From Sphaerodactylus townsendi (lineage: Eukaryota), in contig NC_059429.1 in NCBI RefSeq assembly GCF_021028975.2, forward strand, positions 77,066,001 to 77,130,000: a stretch of 64,000 nucleotides of DNA, written 5' to 3'. Below the pieces are notes generated by a model. It ran no database searches and had not been told where the DNA came from. It saw only the letters and a list, made by a program, of their open reading frames with translations. This document shows, piece after piece, positions 34,613-47,600 of this stretch. A program made the position numbers and the translations under genes. Every line of letters begins with the position of its first letter. Position 1 is the first letter of the stretch.

Positions 34613-37600
34613 GTGAGTGCTGCTTCCCTTCTCTCCTCCACCTAAAGTTCCCTCCTGACTTCAAGAGCTGGAATTGGGGGAGGGGCGCGCGGCTGGCGGG
34701 CGATAAATGTGCAGTCTGGTGCAGTTACTGTCGTTTTCCTGTTTGCTAGCATGAAGAATCCTTCCATTGCGGGAGTCCTGTGTACTGATTCTCAGGGACT
34801 AAACCTGGGCTGTGAGTAACCTAGAAACTTTAGTACTCATTCAACAGTACCTTTTCAAGCTTTTCTTTCCTGTACCATTAGAATTCCTTCATTCTCTCCT
34901 CATTCTTAGCAAAATAATAACAATAAAGTCCTTAGCGAGCTCTTTTAATTTTTTTCCTACCTGCTATTAACTCCTAAGATTCCTCTAATGTGCTACAAAA
35001 GATGGTTAATTTGTTTAAAATGGACCACTGGAACACTTAATCATCTAAGTAGGGTTGTGCTTCTTGCATTGATAGGAATGCAGGATTGTGGGTTAAGAGG
35101 CAGGAATGCTAGCCTTAAGATGGGACCTGGGGCTTCCTTGGAATTTCAGATCATTTCTAGACGGCAGAGATCAGTTACCCTGAAGAAAATGGATGCTTAA
35201 AGGATGCACTCCATGGTTTTGTACCTTGCTGAAGTCGTTTGCTTCCCCAAGCACCATCCCCAAATTTCCAACCTCGACCTGCTGACCCTACTCCCCCCCC
35301 TCATCCCCTACTGGTAGCCAAGTGACTTGACAACTCTTGTAAGGGGTTATGGTGGGTTTTCCGGGCTGTGTGGCCATGGTCTGGTAGATCTTGTTCCTAA
35401 TGTTTCACCTGCATCTGGCATCTTCAGAGGTGAATCACAGAGTAAAGTGTTACACACTGTGTCTAGTCTTGAAGGGGTTTTCCTCAAAGAGAGGAGAAAT
35501 TCTCTTCACACCCCTCTCCCAAATTGCAGAGGTAATTGTTATCTACAACTCAGAATTCTGTGGCCATTGTTAAATGAGCTTATGCAATATAGTTAACTAA
35601 TGTAACTGAAGAGAACAATTTCACAGTAACACTGAGGCTAGACTAATGATCCTCTGAAGATGCCAGCAACAGATGCAGGCTAAACCAGGAGAAAATATTA
35701 CAACCCAGAAAACCCACAACATCCTACCGAGACTAGACTTACTGTAAAGCATTCAACATAGGTATTCCCTTGACGTCAACTCACTCTCATGGGTGTAGAA
35801 TGCTGCAATTTGGTTATTATCATTGGCTAGGTGGAGCGTGCCTGTTTCACCCATTCTGCCAGTCAGCAGTACATCAGTTACTAGGTTCAGTTCAAAGCCT
35901 ATAAAGCCCTTCATGGCCTTGGTCCCTCCTGTCTGCAGGATCACCTCTCCCTGATGCTCTGACACAGGACCATCTGTAGATGCCACTTAGCAAATGGGTA
36001 AAATTAACCACAACAAATGCTAAGGCAATAACAGTGTAGCAGTAGCAAATAAAAATAAAACTCCTGTTCAGATCCAAGTAGGCCAATATTTTGTGTGCAG
36101 TAAGTGGCCAGCCATCCTGGGAGCTCTCCACTGGGGTATGTTTCTTCCCCCAGCATCCGGAAAATGCTTTGTGGCCTTTGGCAGAGCTATCCTCCCTGAA
36201 TGTGTCTCTTTTAAAAAACCATTTACACTACTAGACAAAACCACATATTGTGGAAACAAAACATTGCGGTTGTTGTATGACATACTACTCCCTTTGAGCC
36301 TCGCCAGCAAAACAGTTGAAATGGCTTGTGGGAATAGAGTATTGAATTCAAGTTTCTGACTCAGTGTTTCATTCGTCTGATGCAGTCTTGGTACATTTCA
36401 TTCTACTTGAAATATTGGGGTAAAAATTTCTGCAAGGAAGTACTGCTAAGGGTTAAAATGTTATCCTATCCTTTTATATAGAATTGTGTCTCTTAAATTA
36501 ACTACATCCTATATATTCTTCTTGTTATTATTGTTTTGTAATAATTCTTTTTACCATACTGTACTGTCTTTTAGGTCGTGGCACTCTTTCAGATGAACAT
36601 GCAGGCGTGATATCTGTTCTAGCTCAGCAGGCAGCCAAACTAACATCTGATCCAACAGATATTCCTGTTGTTTGCCTGGAATCAGATACTGGGTAAGCAT
36701 GTACATCATCAATATATCTAATTCTTAGCACAGCCCCATCTGTAGATTTTTTAAAAACCACTTGGTTTGCAGAAAAAAATACAACTTTTAAAAAAATTGA
36801 ATAGGGGATTAAATTCCCCCTTAGAGGAAAATTGTCTGCATTTGCCAGCCTGCAGCATCCCTGCATCATATGGGAGATATTGACGAAAACGGAGCTGCAG
36901 TTTGAGTCAGATAGGAGAGAGAGGGCAGGAGCTGCTGCTGCTCCTCACCACCACTGTCTGCAGAGTGATGGGGGAAGGTGAGCAGGCAGAATAGGCAGGG
37001 GAGGGGGTAGGCGCGTGAGGTTTCCCCTCCCCATGAGTTTGACTTTTGGGGGAAGGAGATGCCCAAGCCTGAACTGCCGCATCAGGCAGGCTCTGTGGAG
37101 ACAGCAGAGCTGAGTGTGAGAAGGTAGAGGGTTGAGTTCCCTCTCCATGAGTCTCATTGGCCCCCACTTCTTTGGATCTGTTGCTGTTTTTTCTCTAATG
37201 CCTTCAATAATCAAATACTATTTCTCACAAAAAGATGCTAGTAGATAGCATATTCCTCCACCACAGAACTCAACCTGCCAGACCTTTGTTGTAGAACGTT
37301 TCTTCTGGGTCCTAGTGCCTGCCTAGTCCTGCTCCCATCCATTTGAAACTTTCATGGTAGATGTTCAATGATACTCTTGTATCAAGGTACCATATTCAAT
37401 AATAAACAAAATAATGGTTTTGACAAAGGCAGCATGTAAAAATGAATGATAAGTCTCACATTGGTCCAGGACTATATTCTAATGTGGAAGCATACTGTTT
37501 TCTCAACCCTTGCAACTCAACTGACAGTACTAACAGCTATATCTAAGACACAGTATAGTGTAAAAATGACTGGCATAATTTCTTGGGCAGCCTTGTGGAC

Positions 37601-38547
37601 TGCTATTCCCATGGGGTAGATAGGTTTTTCCCCTCTATAAATGGCTTGGGAGGTCCACTGATTAAGTTTTCTTGTGATATATGAGTACAAACAGGGTAGT
37701 AAATTTTTATTGCTTTGGGGTTTTCGTGAGAAGACAACTTTATCTTTTGCATTTTTACAAGATAGGAATTTGAAAAGCAATAACTTATTTAAGTGAGCGT
37801 AACTCTGTAAGACTGGGAGAGGTAAAAGCTTTTGGAGCTCGAACAGGCAGAACTTCATTTTGTATTCCCATTCTATGAGACCATGTTGTTGAGTCTCTCC
37901 CTTGAATTTGCACATCTCTTAAGCCACATTTTGCTCACTTCTGTTTTCTATTTGTACAAGCAATGTAGATGAGACAACACATCTGCTATGATACTGGAAG
38001 ATTTTTCCTCTGCAAGTCCTTTGACTGTTGCAGTTCTTAAAGCAATAATTTCAAATCTTAAACTGATACTTTTTTAATATCATCTTGTAACTTTAACCCT
38101 GGTAAGTTTCATAGTTGTGATCAAAAACTTCCAAATTCTCCAAATTAGAATGCGATTAAAGTGCGTGTTGGTGTTTGAAACATACTGAAGATCTAAGATC
38201 ACAATCTGTCTTACTGGTATATAAAGTATTATTTGTAACATAAAAAGCAAAACTGTTTGAGTGGAGATGGCGCTAGGCCAAGCTGTTTGGAAATCCCTCT
38301 TTCATAGACTTCCTCCGTTTCTTCAGAGCTGTTTCAATAATAAATGCTACAGGTTCACCATGCACAAACACTTTGAGAATAAAATTAAAAGCAACTGAGC
38401 AACAGTAAGCCTGTACTATTTTTGTTCTATGTATGCTCAGGATTATAATAATGGTATATTCGAAATAAATCTTCTGTTTCTTTCAGTAATATCATGATCC
38501 AGAAGCATGATGGCATCACAGTGGCAGTGCACAAAATGGCATCTTGA
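34578..38547 (+). CDS. LAMTOR5: Ragulator complex protein LAMTOR5 (HBXIP), 4 exons, 91 aa, intact
   Basis: Exons 34578-34612, 34750-34811, 36575-36692, 38487-38547 give [91 protein letters not shown]; all introns GT-AG. Confidence 0.98.
34750..34811 (+). CDS. LAMTOR5: LAMTOR5 exon 2
   Basis: 62 nt, TAG/GTGAGT. Confidence 0.97.
35348..35722. mobile_element. Penelope-like element fragments in inverted arrangement
   Basis: 35348-35465 (-) and 35651-35722 (+) both carry cctctgaagatgccag...gatgcagg and gaaaacccacaac. Confidence 0.65.
36575..36692 (+). CDS. LAMTOR5: LAMTOR5 exon 3
   Basis: 118 nt, TAG/GTAAGC. Confidence 0.97.
38487..38547 (+). CDS. LAMTOR5: LAMTOR5 exon 4
   Basis: 61 nt to TGA, CAG acceptor. 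Confidence 0.97.
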
Positions 38548-39547
38548 TCTCACCTGCAGCATGTCTCCTTGTTCTTCAGCAACTCACTGTTGTAGACTGT
38601 GCTCTTCTCCTGCATCAATTGTATATCCAGTGTCACTATAAGATCCCAATTGATTCTGTTTGTAAATACTTTCCCTATCTTGTATGTTGACCTGGGAATC
38701 AGATTGTTCATATTTGAAGCTCCCTATTACCCAACCTGGAAAGCTTTTCTGAGGTGTGGCTGCAGAAACAGCACCTTGGCAGCTGCCCCATGCTTCACCA
38801 GAAGACACTTAATTGCTTGTTTGGTGCAGTTTTGTCAAAATGCTGTGTATTCCATTTTGTATTTCTGGCTGTACTGTGGTTTCAAATAGTGTAGCTTACT
38901 GTTAAGAAACACTGTAACATTATTCCTTGGTTGACAGGATGCCCTAATATAGCTTTAAATACTACAAGTGCTATTAAATTTGCAAGGAATGTGATAACAG
39001 TCATGTGACTTCTCTCAAATACAGCTATTTATGCTTCTAAGTAATGAGTAGCTTATGTGATAACTGTGGGAACAGATGTAAATGCATGTTATCCTGTCTC
39101 TTAGCCTGTTCTGCAAAACGTTTTTTAATGCACTGCCTGATCAAAAGACACACGGATATTTGGTATTTCAATAATTCCTAACCCCACCCCACCAATCAGA
39201 TAGAACCATTCTAAATCCATGCATTTAGAGAAGAGCTGAACATTGTCAATCTGTAGGATAATAATTCTCTGGCAAATATTTCATTGAGTAAATAAATAAC
39301 ATTTGCAGCTAGGCATATTCTTGCTTCTAGATCAGATGAAACAGCTGGAAAGAAAGGAGCTTCCAAATGAGATAGCTGTAGTGTGCGATTCTTTTAGATG
39401 CAGGTTCCTCCAGCTGCACACAAATTAAATTTATCATATTAAATTTTGCCCACATTCAAGGGTGGAAAGCAGAACAAAAACCAGAATTATTGAATGCCAA
39501 TCAAAGACATGCAGAACAGGTGTGGAAGGACAGCAGATGTTATAGGC

Positions 39548-40033
39548 CAGTGATGGGGAACCTTTTCAAGAACCTTTTCAACTGAGTGCCCAAATTGCAA
39601 CACAAAACCCACTTATTTATCGCAAAGTGCCAACATGGCAATTTAACCTGGATATGGAGGTTTTAGTTTAGAAAAAACGTGTGGCTCCAAGGCGTGTGTT
39701 ACTCAGGAGTAATCTTGGTAGTAGTCAGTGGTTTTGCTTTGAAGCAACTGCAAGTCTTCCAACGGGTTAATCAAGCCCCATCGCCAGCATCCGAGCTTAC
39801 TCCCAGGTAAAGGATCGTGCTTTAGTTCTTCACATGAAAATCAGTGAGGTTTAACAGCGGTTAACAGGGTTACCTACACTGCTTCCACAAAACTAGGTCT
39901 TAGGTTTAATGCTAATAATCGAGCCCAGCAGCCCAGGTTAGCCTAGATGTGTGTGCGGGGCACTCTGTGCATGCCCACAGAGAGGGCTCTGAGAGCCACC
40001 TCTGGCACCTGTGCCATAGGTTCGCCACCACTG
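39548..40033. mobile_element. hAT (Charlie-like) non-autonomous element, 486 bp
   Basis: TIR CAGTGATGGGGAACC...GGTTCGCCACCACTG; perfect 8-bp TSD TTATAGGC. Confidence 0.9.
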
Positions 40034-40084
40034 TTATAGGCACTTCACATCAGGTATGGAGGGAATATTCGGCTCTTACAACAG

Positions 40085-40730
40085 TGTCTCAAGTATCTTT
40101 ATAATCCTCCTGGATACAGCATTGCAGCTTGAGAAGCAAGTTAATGCAGCTGTAAAAAATGTTTTCTTCCAACTTTGCCAAACCTGGAAGATGGACCCCT
40201 ACTTTGACTCAATTGATCTAGCTATCTGGAGCCACACTGGTAATGGATTCATAGGTGTCAAACTCGTGGCCCTCCAGATATTCTGCACTACAGTTCCCAT
40301 CATCCCCTGCCAGCATGCTGGGAACTAGTCCAGAACATCTGGAGGGCCACGAGTTTGACACCTGTGGATTAGATCATTGTAACATACTCTATGTGGTTCT
40401 ACCCTCAAAGTCAATCAGTTATACCGAATTCCACAGCTTGGTTAATAAGAGGAGCTAGATGGGGCATGTGCATTACTCACATTCTGCAGTCATTCTATTA
40501 GCTGCTCACCACGTACTGGATTCAAATTATGAAAAAAAATTACAGTGAGAGTAGTTCAGCAGTTGAATCAGCTGCCTAGGGCAGTCATGAGCCTTACCTC
40601 ACTTGTCAGGGGTGCTTTAGGCTAATCCTGCATTGAGCCTAGTGTTGGACTAGATGGCGTGTACAGCCCTTTCCAACTCTGACTATATTGACTATCACAT
40701 CCAAAGCTATGCGTGGCTTTGGAGCCTCCT
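40085..40730 (+). mobile_element. degraded L2 fragment with nested MITE and CR1 tail
   Basis: Similar to the L2 at 54370-54720; palindromic MITE at 40250-40366; CR1-type end at ~40545-40685. Confidence 0.55.
40250..40366. mobile_element. palindromic hAT-type MITE
   Basis: AGGTGTCAAACTCGTGGCCCTCCAGAT...ATCTGGAGGGCCACGAGTTTGACACCT. Confidence 0.8.
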
Positions 40731-41410
40731 ATACCCTTTTCAGCAAAAAGAACTAAGTAGAATTATAACTTCATCCACCATGTTCTGGACCATCTAAGGT
40801 TTAGAATACTCCGCCTGTGAACTGCATGACAATATTTATTTACTAAATTTATAGGTCCACTTTTCACAGTGAGGCAGCAGGCCAAACTAGGCACTGTTGC
40901 CAGTTATAAAACTCAGTGAGGTAGCATGGCAGGACCAGGCACTCCTGGGACTCTTCCCCCTCATTCCATCTTTCCAAGTGTTGAAATTTTTTTCAAGGAG
41001 AAACAGCCCTTTGGCACATTTGAAAAAGGGCTGGGAGGGTTGATGGGATTAGTGCCTGGTCTGGCAGTCAGCATCAGACTCCCTTGGCATTTTCAAATCA
41101 CCAACATTAGGAGTTAGAATGTAAGCAGCATCTCTGTGTCAGACATGGTGATGCCCCCACATCCACCTTGGCCCTCAAAGCACATTGTTCTGTTTAAATC
41201 AGTTATAGTTCATACAAAGAAACAAACAGGCAATTATCTGATAAAGCAGGCGCCATCATCCCAGCATGCGACAAAATAATCCACACACACATACACACAC
41301 AAAAACCCTGACTCCAGCAAATATTGAGAAATGTCCTATCTGTAGGACTTTTCCACAAAGTAACATAGAAGACATTCATTTCTTAATTCTTTTCAAAGTT
41401 TAAAAACATA

Positions 41411-41442
41411 GTTAATGGTTAATTTGAAAGAGCTGTATAAAG
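41411..41442 (+). promoter_or_regulatory. candidate SLC16A4 promoter: HNF1-like site + TATA
   Basis: GTTAATGGTTAAT (41411-41423) against the HNF1 consensus GTTAATNATTAAC; TATAAAG at 41436-41442, about 80 nt before the first ATG. Confidence 0.45.
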
Positions 41443-41519
41443 CAGCAGGGGCAGCTTGTATTCTTAGAGGCTGAGGAAGAGCCTCTGAGGTAAAGGGGGG
41501 GGGGGGGGGGCCTTTCAGA

Positions 41520-41657
41520 ATGCCAGCCAGTACAAGTGCTGTAAAAACACAAATGAGAGAAGATCAGCCAATGATGGTAAAACATGGCAAAAGCCACAAC
41601 AGTACAGAACCTCCTGACGGAGGGTGGGGATGGATGATCGTGCTTCACTTTTTTCTG
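41520..41657 (+). CDS. SLC16A4: SLC16A4 coding exon 1
   Basis: ..[23 protein letters not shown] donor. Confidence 0.88.
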
Positions 41658-44600
41658 GTAAGTAAAAAACAACAAAGATGCTACTTTGAACATTATAAGA
41701 AGTAAGCTTAATAGGTTTTTATTATGCTCTTTGGAAACATAACAAAATGGAAGAGTACTATGAGAGCTTTCTAGTCTCTGAGAGTAGTTTTATAGTTTGA
41801 GCTTCCACTCCTCTTCAGAATCAAATTGCCTGGCTTGTCCAGTTAAGGATAAGGCTCCTACATTATTAGGCAATTAAGGGGAACTCTGAGCGTGTGATGG
41901 GGACAAAAGGTGGGGTTGTGTAGACTTTTGTTAAAAGTATATTTAGGGTATTGATGAATATGCTGTGTAATGGGTAGTATTTGCATGGGCGAAGATATAA
42001 ATTGGATAAAGGAGGCTAGTGGAGGGTTAGGGATACCAGTGATTAGGGGACATAAGTATGGTGGGCAGAGAAAGCATATAAAGGGAAGGAGTTGCAGTTG
42101 TGCTCAGTCTCCTTCCAACCTTCAGCCCATCCAGCAATACAATGGTGGCAAAACTAGGAATAAGCATCCTCCTTCTATCCTGATGTTGTACAATGCACAA
42201 ATTATTTTGCAGAACATAAAGTGAACCTGTCATGCGTGACAGAGACCTGGGCAAGACAGTCACTTTAAAAGAGCTGGTTCTCCCAGGTTTATCAGACCTT
42301 CATCAGCTGTGGACTGAGTTGAGGGGTGGGGTGGGGTTGGCAATATGCTTTTGGGAGTCTTTCTCCTTCAGGGCACTCCCCACTCCAAAGATCTCAGGTA
42401 TTGGCTGTGAGGGTCTGGTGTACCGAAGGGAGTTTGGCTATCTTGCCGATGTCTCAGGGAAACACAACCCCACCTATAAAATAAGCCAGGAATCAATGGG
42501 TTGAGAAAAGTCCAATCAAATGTTGGTCTTATAATTACTGCAAATACTAGTCTCCTTTCATTTCAGAACTCATATTCTAAGTAGTGTCAAAGGACTACCA
42601 ATCTGTCTGAACCAGATCAACATTCTCAATGTGTTCTGAGTCAATATTGGTAGTCCTTTGATTCCCCTCTCTTCCCTCCCCCCCAACCCCCTAGGTTTTA
42701 TGATTATTGGCTTCTGACACCGGAAGTAGAATTTATATTTTTAAATTTCAGACTTCTATATGCTGACTTGATTTTATTATTTTATTCTTGTATATAGAAT
42801 TCTGTGAGCTGCCCTGAGCCTGTCTTGATGGGAAAGGGTGGCCTATAAATCGAATAATAAAATTAAAAAGCCCATATAAACTGGAGAAAATTCACATCTT
42901 AGAAGTGGGCAACATCAGTTAAGAGGACTGCTCTCCTTAGCCACCATCTATTAAGGGAGTCCTAATTTCAAAATTTGGGAGACCTAAATCAGATTTTCTG
43001 ATCTAAGTGTTTACTAACCAGCTTATATGCTAGACAGGTATGTGTATGTGGGCTGTGAATTACCCATAGTCAACTCCCAATAGTAAACATGGGAATGGAG
43101 GGTGTCTCTCCTATACTGAAAAAGTTATGTTTTTTCTTATGGTTCTTTTTGTGGTCCCACACAAGCGGAAGCAGAGGAAGTTGCCAGCTGCAATTTGTAA
43201 ACACACCTGGAGGATTGGAAACATGTAATTACATTACATGTGGAGGGGCAGATGCATTTTTATTCATAGAGACCCAACTGGAGATCTACCCTATGAGCCA
43301 CAAAAGTGCATGGAAGGATTCCCCTACCCCAGCTTCAATACAAAATCTAACCTAAAGTGGAAAGCACTAGGTTCTACAGAACGGAAACAAGCAGGAGCTA
43401 GCAGTTAACATTGTACTGAGAATTTTTGTTGTTATTGTTAAGGTAAATGTGTCTGTAATGGGAACAATGAAGAACTTTGCACTTTTCTTTGTGGTCTTTC
43501 AAGAAAATGTTGGTGGCTCTTCTGGACACATTGGGTGGATTGGCTCTATTATGAGTTCTCTTCGATTCCTAGCAGGTTAGCACAACTACGTTTGTTTAAA
43601 CAGACAATATAAAGAAAGATTATCATTCAAAATGTCATCAACATCTACACAGAAACATTTTTCTGCTATTTTATCTTGTGAACTACATGATTTAAACTGT
43701 TTGTAACCCTTGAATCTAAATTCCCATGGGGTGTGTGGTGGGTTAGGGAACTTTACTAAGTGGAATTGGACCAGTCAGTATGTCACAGCCAGGAAACCAT
43801 AGGATCTTTACATGCACACAGCATGAGATAAAAGCCTCTGGCCTTGATCTTATGAAGTTCACATAAAGCTTTCTTCAGGAGCACTGGAAGAGTCTGTAGC
43901 ATTGGAAGATTCCTTGCACCAGAGGAAAGGGCCACCATTAGTGGGCAAGCCCACGAATAGTCCTGCATTCTTCCTCAAACTATTATAGTGCATTTTTCTG
44001 AAGGGCTTTCCCCCCTTCTTCTTCGTTTCAGCTCCACTAGTAACGACAGTGTGTGACATGCTAGGTGATCGGAATACATCATTGATTGGGGCATGCCTGT
44101 TTGGTGTTGGCTGTCTTATTAGTACAGTGGCCACTAGCCTCTCCTTCCTTTGTGTGTCTATGGGATTTCTTTCAGGTAAGCACAGCCTGTCTGGAAAGAA
44201 GTCAGCTCCAGATTATAAGAATTTTATTAGTAACTGGCAGTTTCGGTTTATAGAGTTTGTCCTGACTGAAGATATCGTTTCCTTGCACAAGAATTTTGGG
44301 AACATGAGAGACAATTTAAAGAAAATTAAGAATACAGCTCTGTAAATCAGCTTGATCTCCTGCTGTTTGAGCTATGAGAAACATTTGCAGGCAACAGTAA
44401 CCCATTTCTTCCTATGCAGTTCAACAGAACAACAGAGACTTTTTTCAGTTAGTTACCTTGTTGTTAATCCCCTTTTTGTTCTTAAGACAAGTTGAAACTG
44501 CACTCCTAAACATAGTTACTTGAATATAATACCCGCTGAACTCTGTGAGGGCTAGTTCAGTCAACATGCTATATTTTTTGATAAGTTCACACAAGTTTAG

Positions 44601-47600
44601 GGATAGTAACCTCAAAGACAGTAGAACACATAGCTGCCATCTTAAGGAGATCCTAGAGGGCACTAGTGCAAACCACTGATCCAGTTATTTGTGGTTTCCA
44701 ACAGCAACATCTGGTGTCTCTCCCAGTGTGCCAGACCTACTCTCCCTCGCTGCAATGCATATTGATGTTTCTGAACAATAAAATATAGTTATGGTAAAGA
44801 CATTCCATTTCAAATGGCTGAGGATAGGAAGTGATTTAACCCAGGAGTAAATGCTTCATTCTCTATATTTCTCCATTTTAGGGCTAGGTTTTGCTTGCTT
44901 GTATCAAGTGGGAGCTGTAATGGTTGTTAAGTACTTTAAGAAGCGGCTGGCTCTAGCCAATGCAATCAGTCGCTCAGGAATGGGACTGTGCGTTTTACTG
45001 GCACCTTTTGTTCAGCTCCTGATAGAAAATTACGGGTGGCAAGGTTAGTAGCATTCCCACATCTCAACTTGCACAATATTGCAATTTGGCTTTTTAGGTA
45101 TGATATACTTTATTTTAGCTCTAAAATGTCACAACAGTGTCAGTTGTTTTCTTCCAGCTGTTAATCAATAACTTAAACTGCTTATGTTAAACCAGAACGA
45201 GACATTTTAGAGTCAAACAGTAACTTCATTTTTCTACTGGTTCAATCACTCCACTTATCTATACTGTAATCAGGAAACCAGCAATGCCACATCTTTCACA
45301 TAAAAATGTAACAGAAAAAGCCTGAATAACTGCCTGTTCCTGAAATGCACTGCCTAATTATTAGACATGACAATCACGAAAAGGTAAAAGATCCAAGTAT
45401 TTTAGATATCCTTTTCTTCTTTGTTAATTACATTCTAAAATACCGCTGGGAAATAAGATCGCAAAAGAAAATTCACTGTTTCAAAGGAAAAATAAAAAGC
45501 TCTTAACAGCTAATTTTGTTTTTCATGCATTTTTCTCACAATGAATTAAAACGTTAACCAATTCTGCTTCTCTGGTGGTATGTCTGTCCATTCACTCAGG
45601 TTCTCTACTAATATACGGTGGCATGATGCTGAACCTTGTACCTTCCAGCATGCTACTATGGCCAGCTAATGTGAATAGAACCAAAGATGTAGGTATCAGA
45701 AATGATGATATCCAAATATCTACAAGCTGCAAGTTTCCAGAAACTTTTGAGCACTGTCAAAACAAAATCAGCACCTCAGAATTAGTCAGCATGGATCCTG
45801 CGGGTAATCGTAATGAAAGTGTGTTGTCACTCAGCAAATTTGCGAACCGGCTTGAAGAATTCGGTGGCAGTTACCCTCCTCGGTAAACCATAAGTGTTCC
45901 CAGAAATAAACCCACAGAAAGACAGCTTTATGGGCAACAATGAAAAATACCAAGCCACTAGTCAAAGCCACTTTCCACCCCCAGAAGAAAAACATCCCGG
46001 GCCTTCTCCCTGCAAGACATGCCATCTTGATTTTTCCCAGCTGAAAAATCCTTTCTTCTACATTTTCACTTGGTCTTTTCTCTTCAGTCAGCTAGCCTAC
46101 TTCGTTCCCACCTTTCATCTTGCAGCCAGAGCCAAAACACTGGGCATAGACCCAATGGATGCTGCTTACATCATTTCAGTGGCTGGTAAGGAAAACATCA
46201 TTTTTCTTTCAAAATGTGGGATTCTTAAGGTTGGGTCCAAAGGTGCCCTTGTGTTGGAGAAGGTATTTCTGCTTACACAAGGAAGGCTTCACTGACATTC
46301 ACAAATTTTTCTACTCAAGCTATGGCACCCATTGTTCCAGGAAGGGGAGAGAATGAACTGTTGGACCGGTCTTAGGGTGACGGGGTGCAGTGGCGTAGCA
46401 CCAGGGGGGAGGTATGTGACGAACTGGGCGTGCACCGGGTGAGGACATTCCGGGGGTGTTTCGGGCAGGCGTGGCAGGGCACACACGTGCCCCAGGCACA
46501 GTTTTCCCTCGCTCCGGCCCTGTGGGGGTGGGGGTGATAGTAAGAGAGGGGAAGAATCCATTCCACCAGAAGAGCTTTCTTCTTTGGATCTACTCCAGCG
46601 TATACAGCCCATCAATCCAAAGTACATAGGAAACCATGAGCATAGGATGCAATACATATACTACATGCTGATAGTTCCTTATGACTCTAGAAACATTTTT
46701 TTTTTAAAAAAAAGGTCAGGAATCTTGACTCCAAGGCTGAATTAAATACATTAATTATGAAGGCTCTCACTGCAACACTATTATAGTGGGCATAAACAAA
46801 TTTAATGTGGTGCTATAAATTGCAAAGCAAACGTTAGAAACATGTTACGAAAAAAATCATTGTAATTTTGGATTAGCGTAGACTGCTCCCTGGAAACAGC
46901 AACATAGCGTGCTACAGGCATAGAGAACATTAGGAAAGAGCGAACTAATGATGACACAGAATATGCCACTGTGTAATATTTGTCTCAAAGGTATGTTTAT
47001 GTATTTGTTAATGTGTGCACTTTTCGCAACCAATCCCTAAACAAATGGTTCTCAACAAAATCCGATCCCTCATTGGATATTTATATTACAAAGTAAGAAA
47101 CAAACACCAGTAATAAAAATGACTTTATTCAAAGCAAACTTTCACTGTCAACAAAATCACTTCTTCAAATGTTCACTTAAAAGTTCTGTGGCGCAGACAT
47201 TAACACAGAATAGGGATCAGCAACTTAAGTTCTCATAGAAACATTCAAGCCCTGAGGATTACTGTCTGGCCTCGAGTTATCAAACCAAAGATAACAAAGG
47301 CGCACAAAGTGAATCAGCAAACCATTCTGAAGTAAGGAAACCACAGACTTAAGTCTAACCCCCAATAACATTTGCAAAGCAACCTCTCAAAAAAAAAATC
47401 TGGTTGACAACCATGGTCATGAAACAAGGGAAGTAATTTAGAACAGAAACTATCGGAATTATCTACAGTCCACAAAAGTTCATATCGTAAACATGCTTAT
47501 GAAGCTGTGGAGGTTTTTTGTTTTTAACCGCCCAAATTTTGTCAGCATAAAACTCTTTTTACCATTGGGGGGCAAAAAGAGGGGAGACAATGATTTGTGA

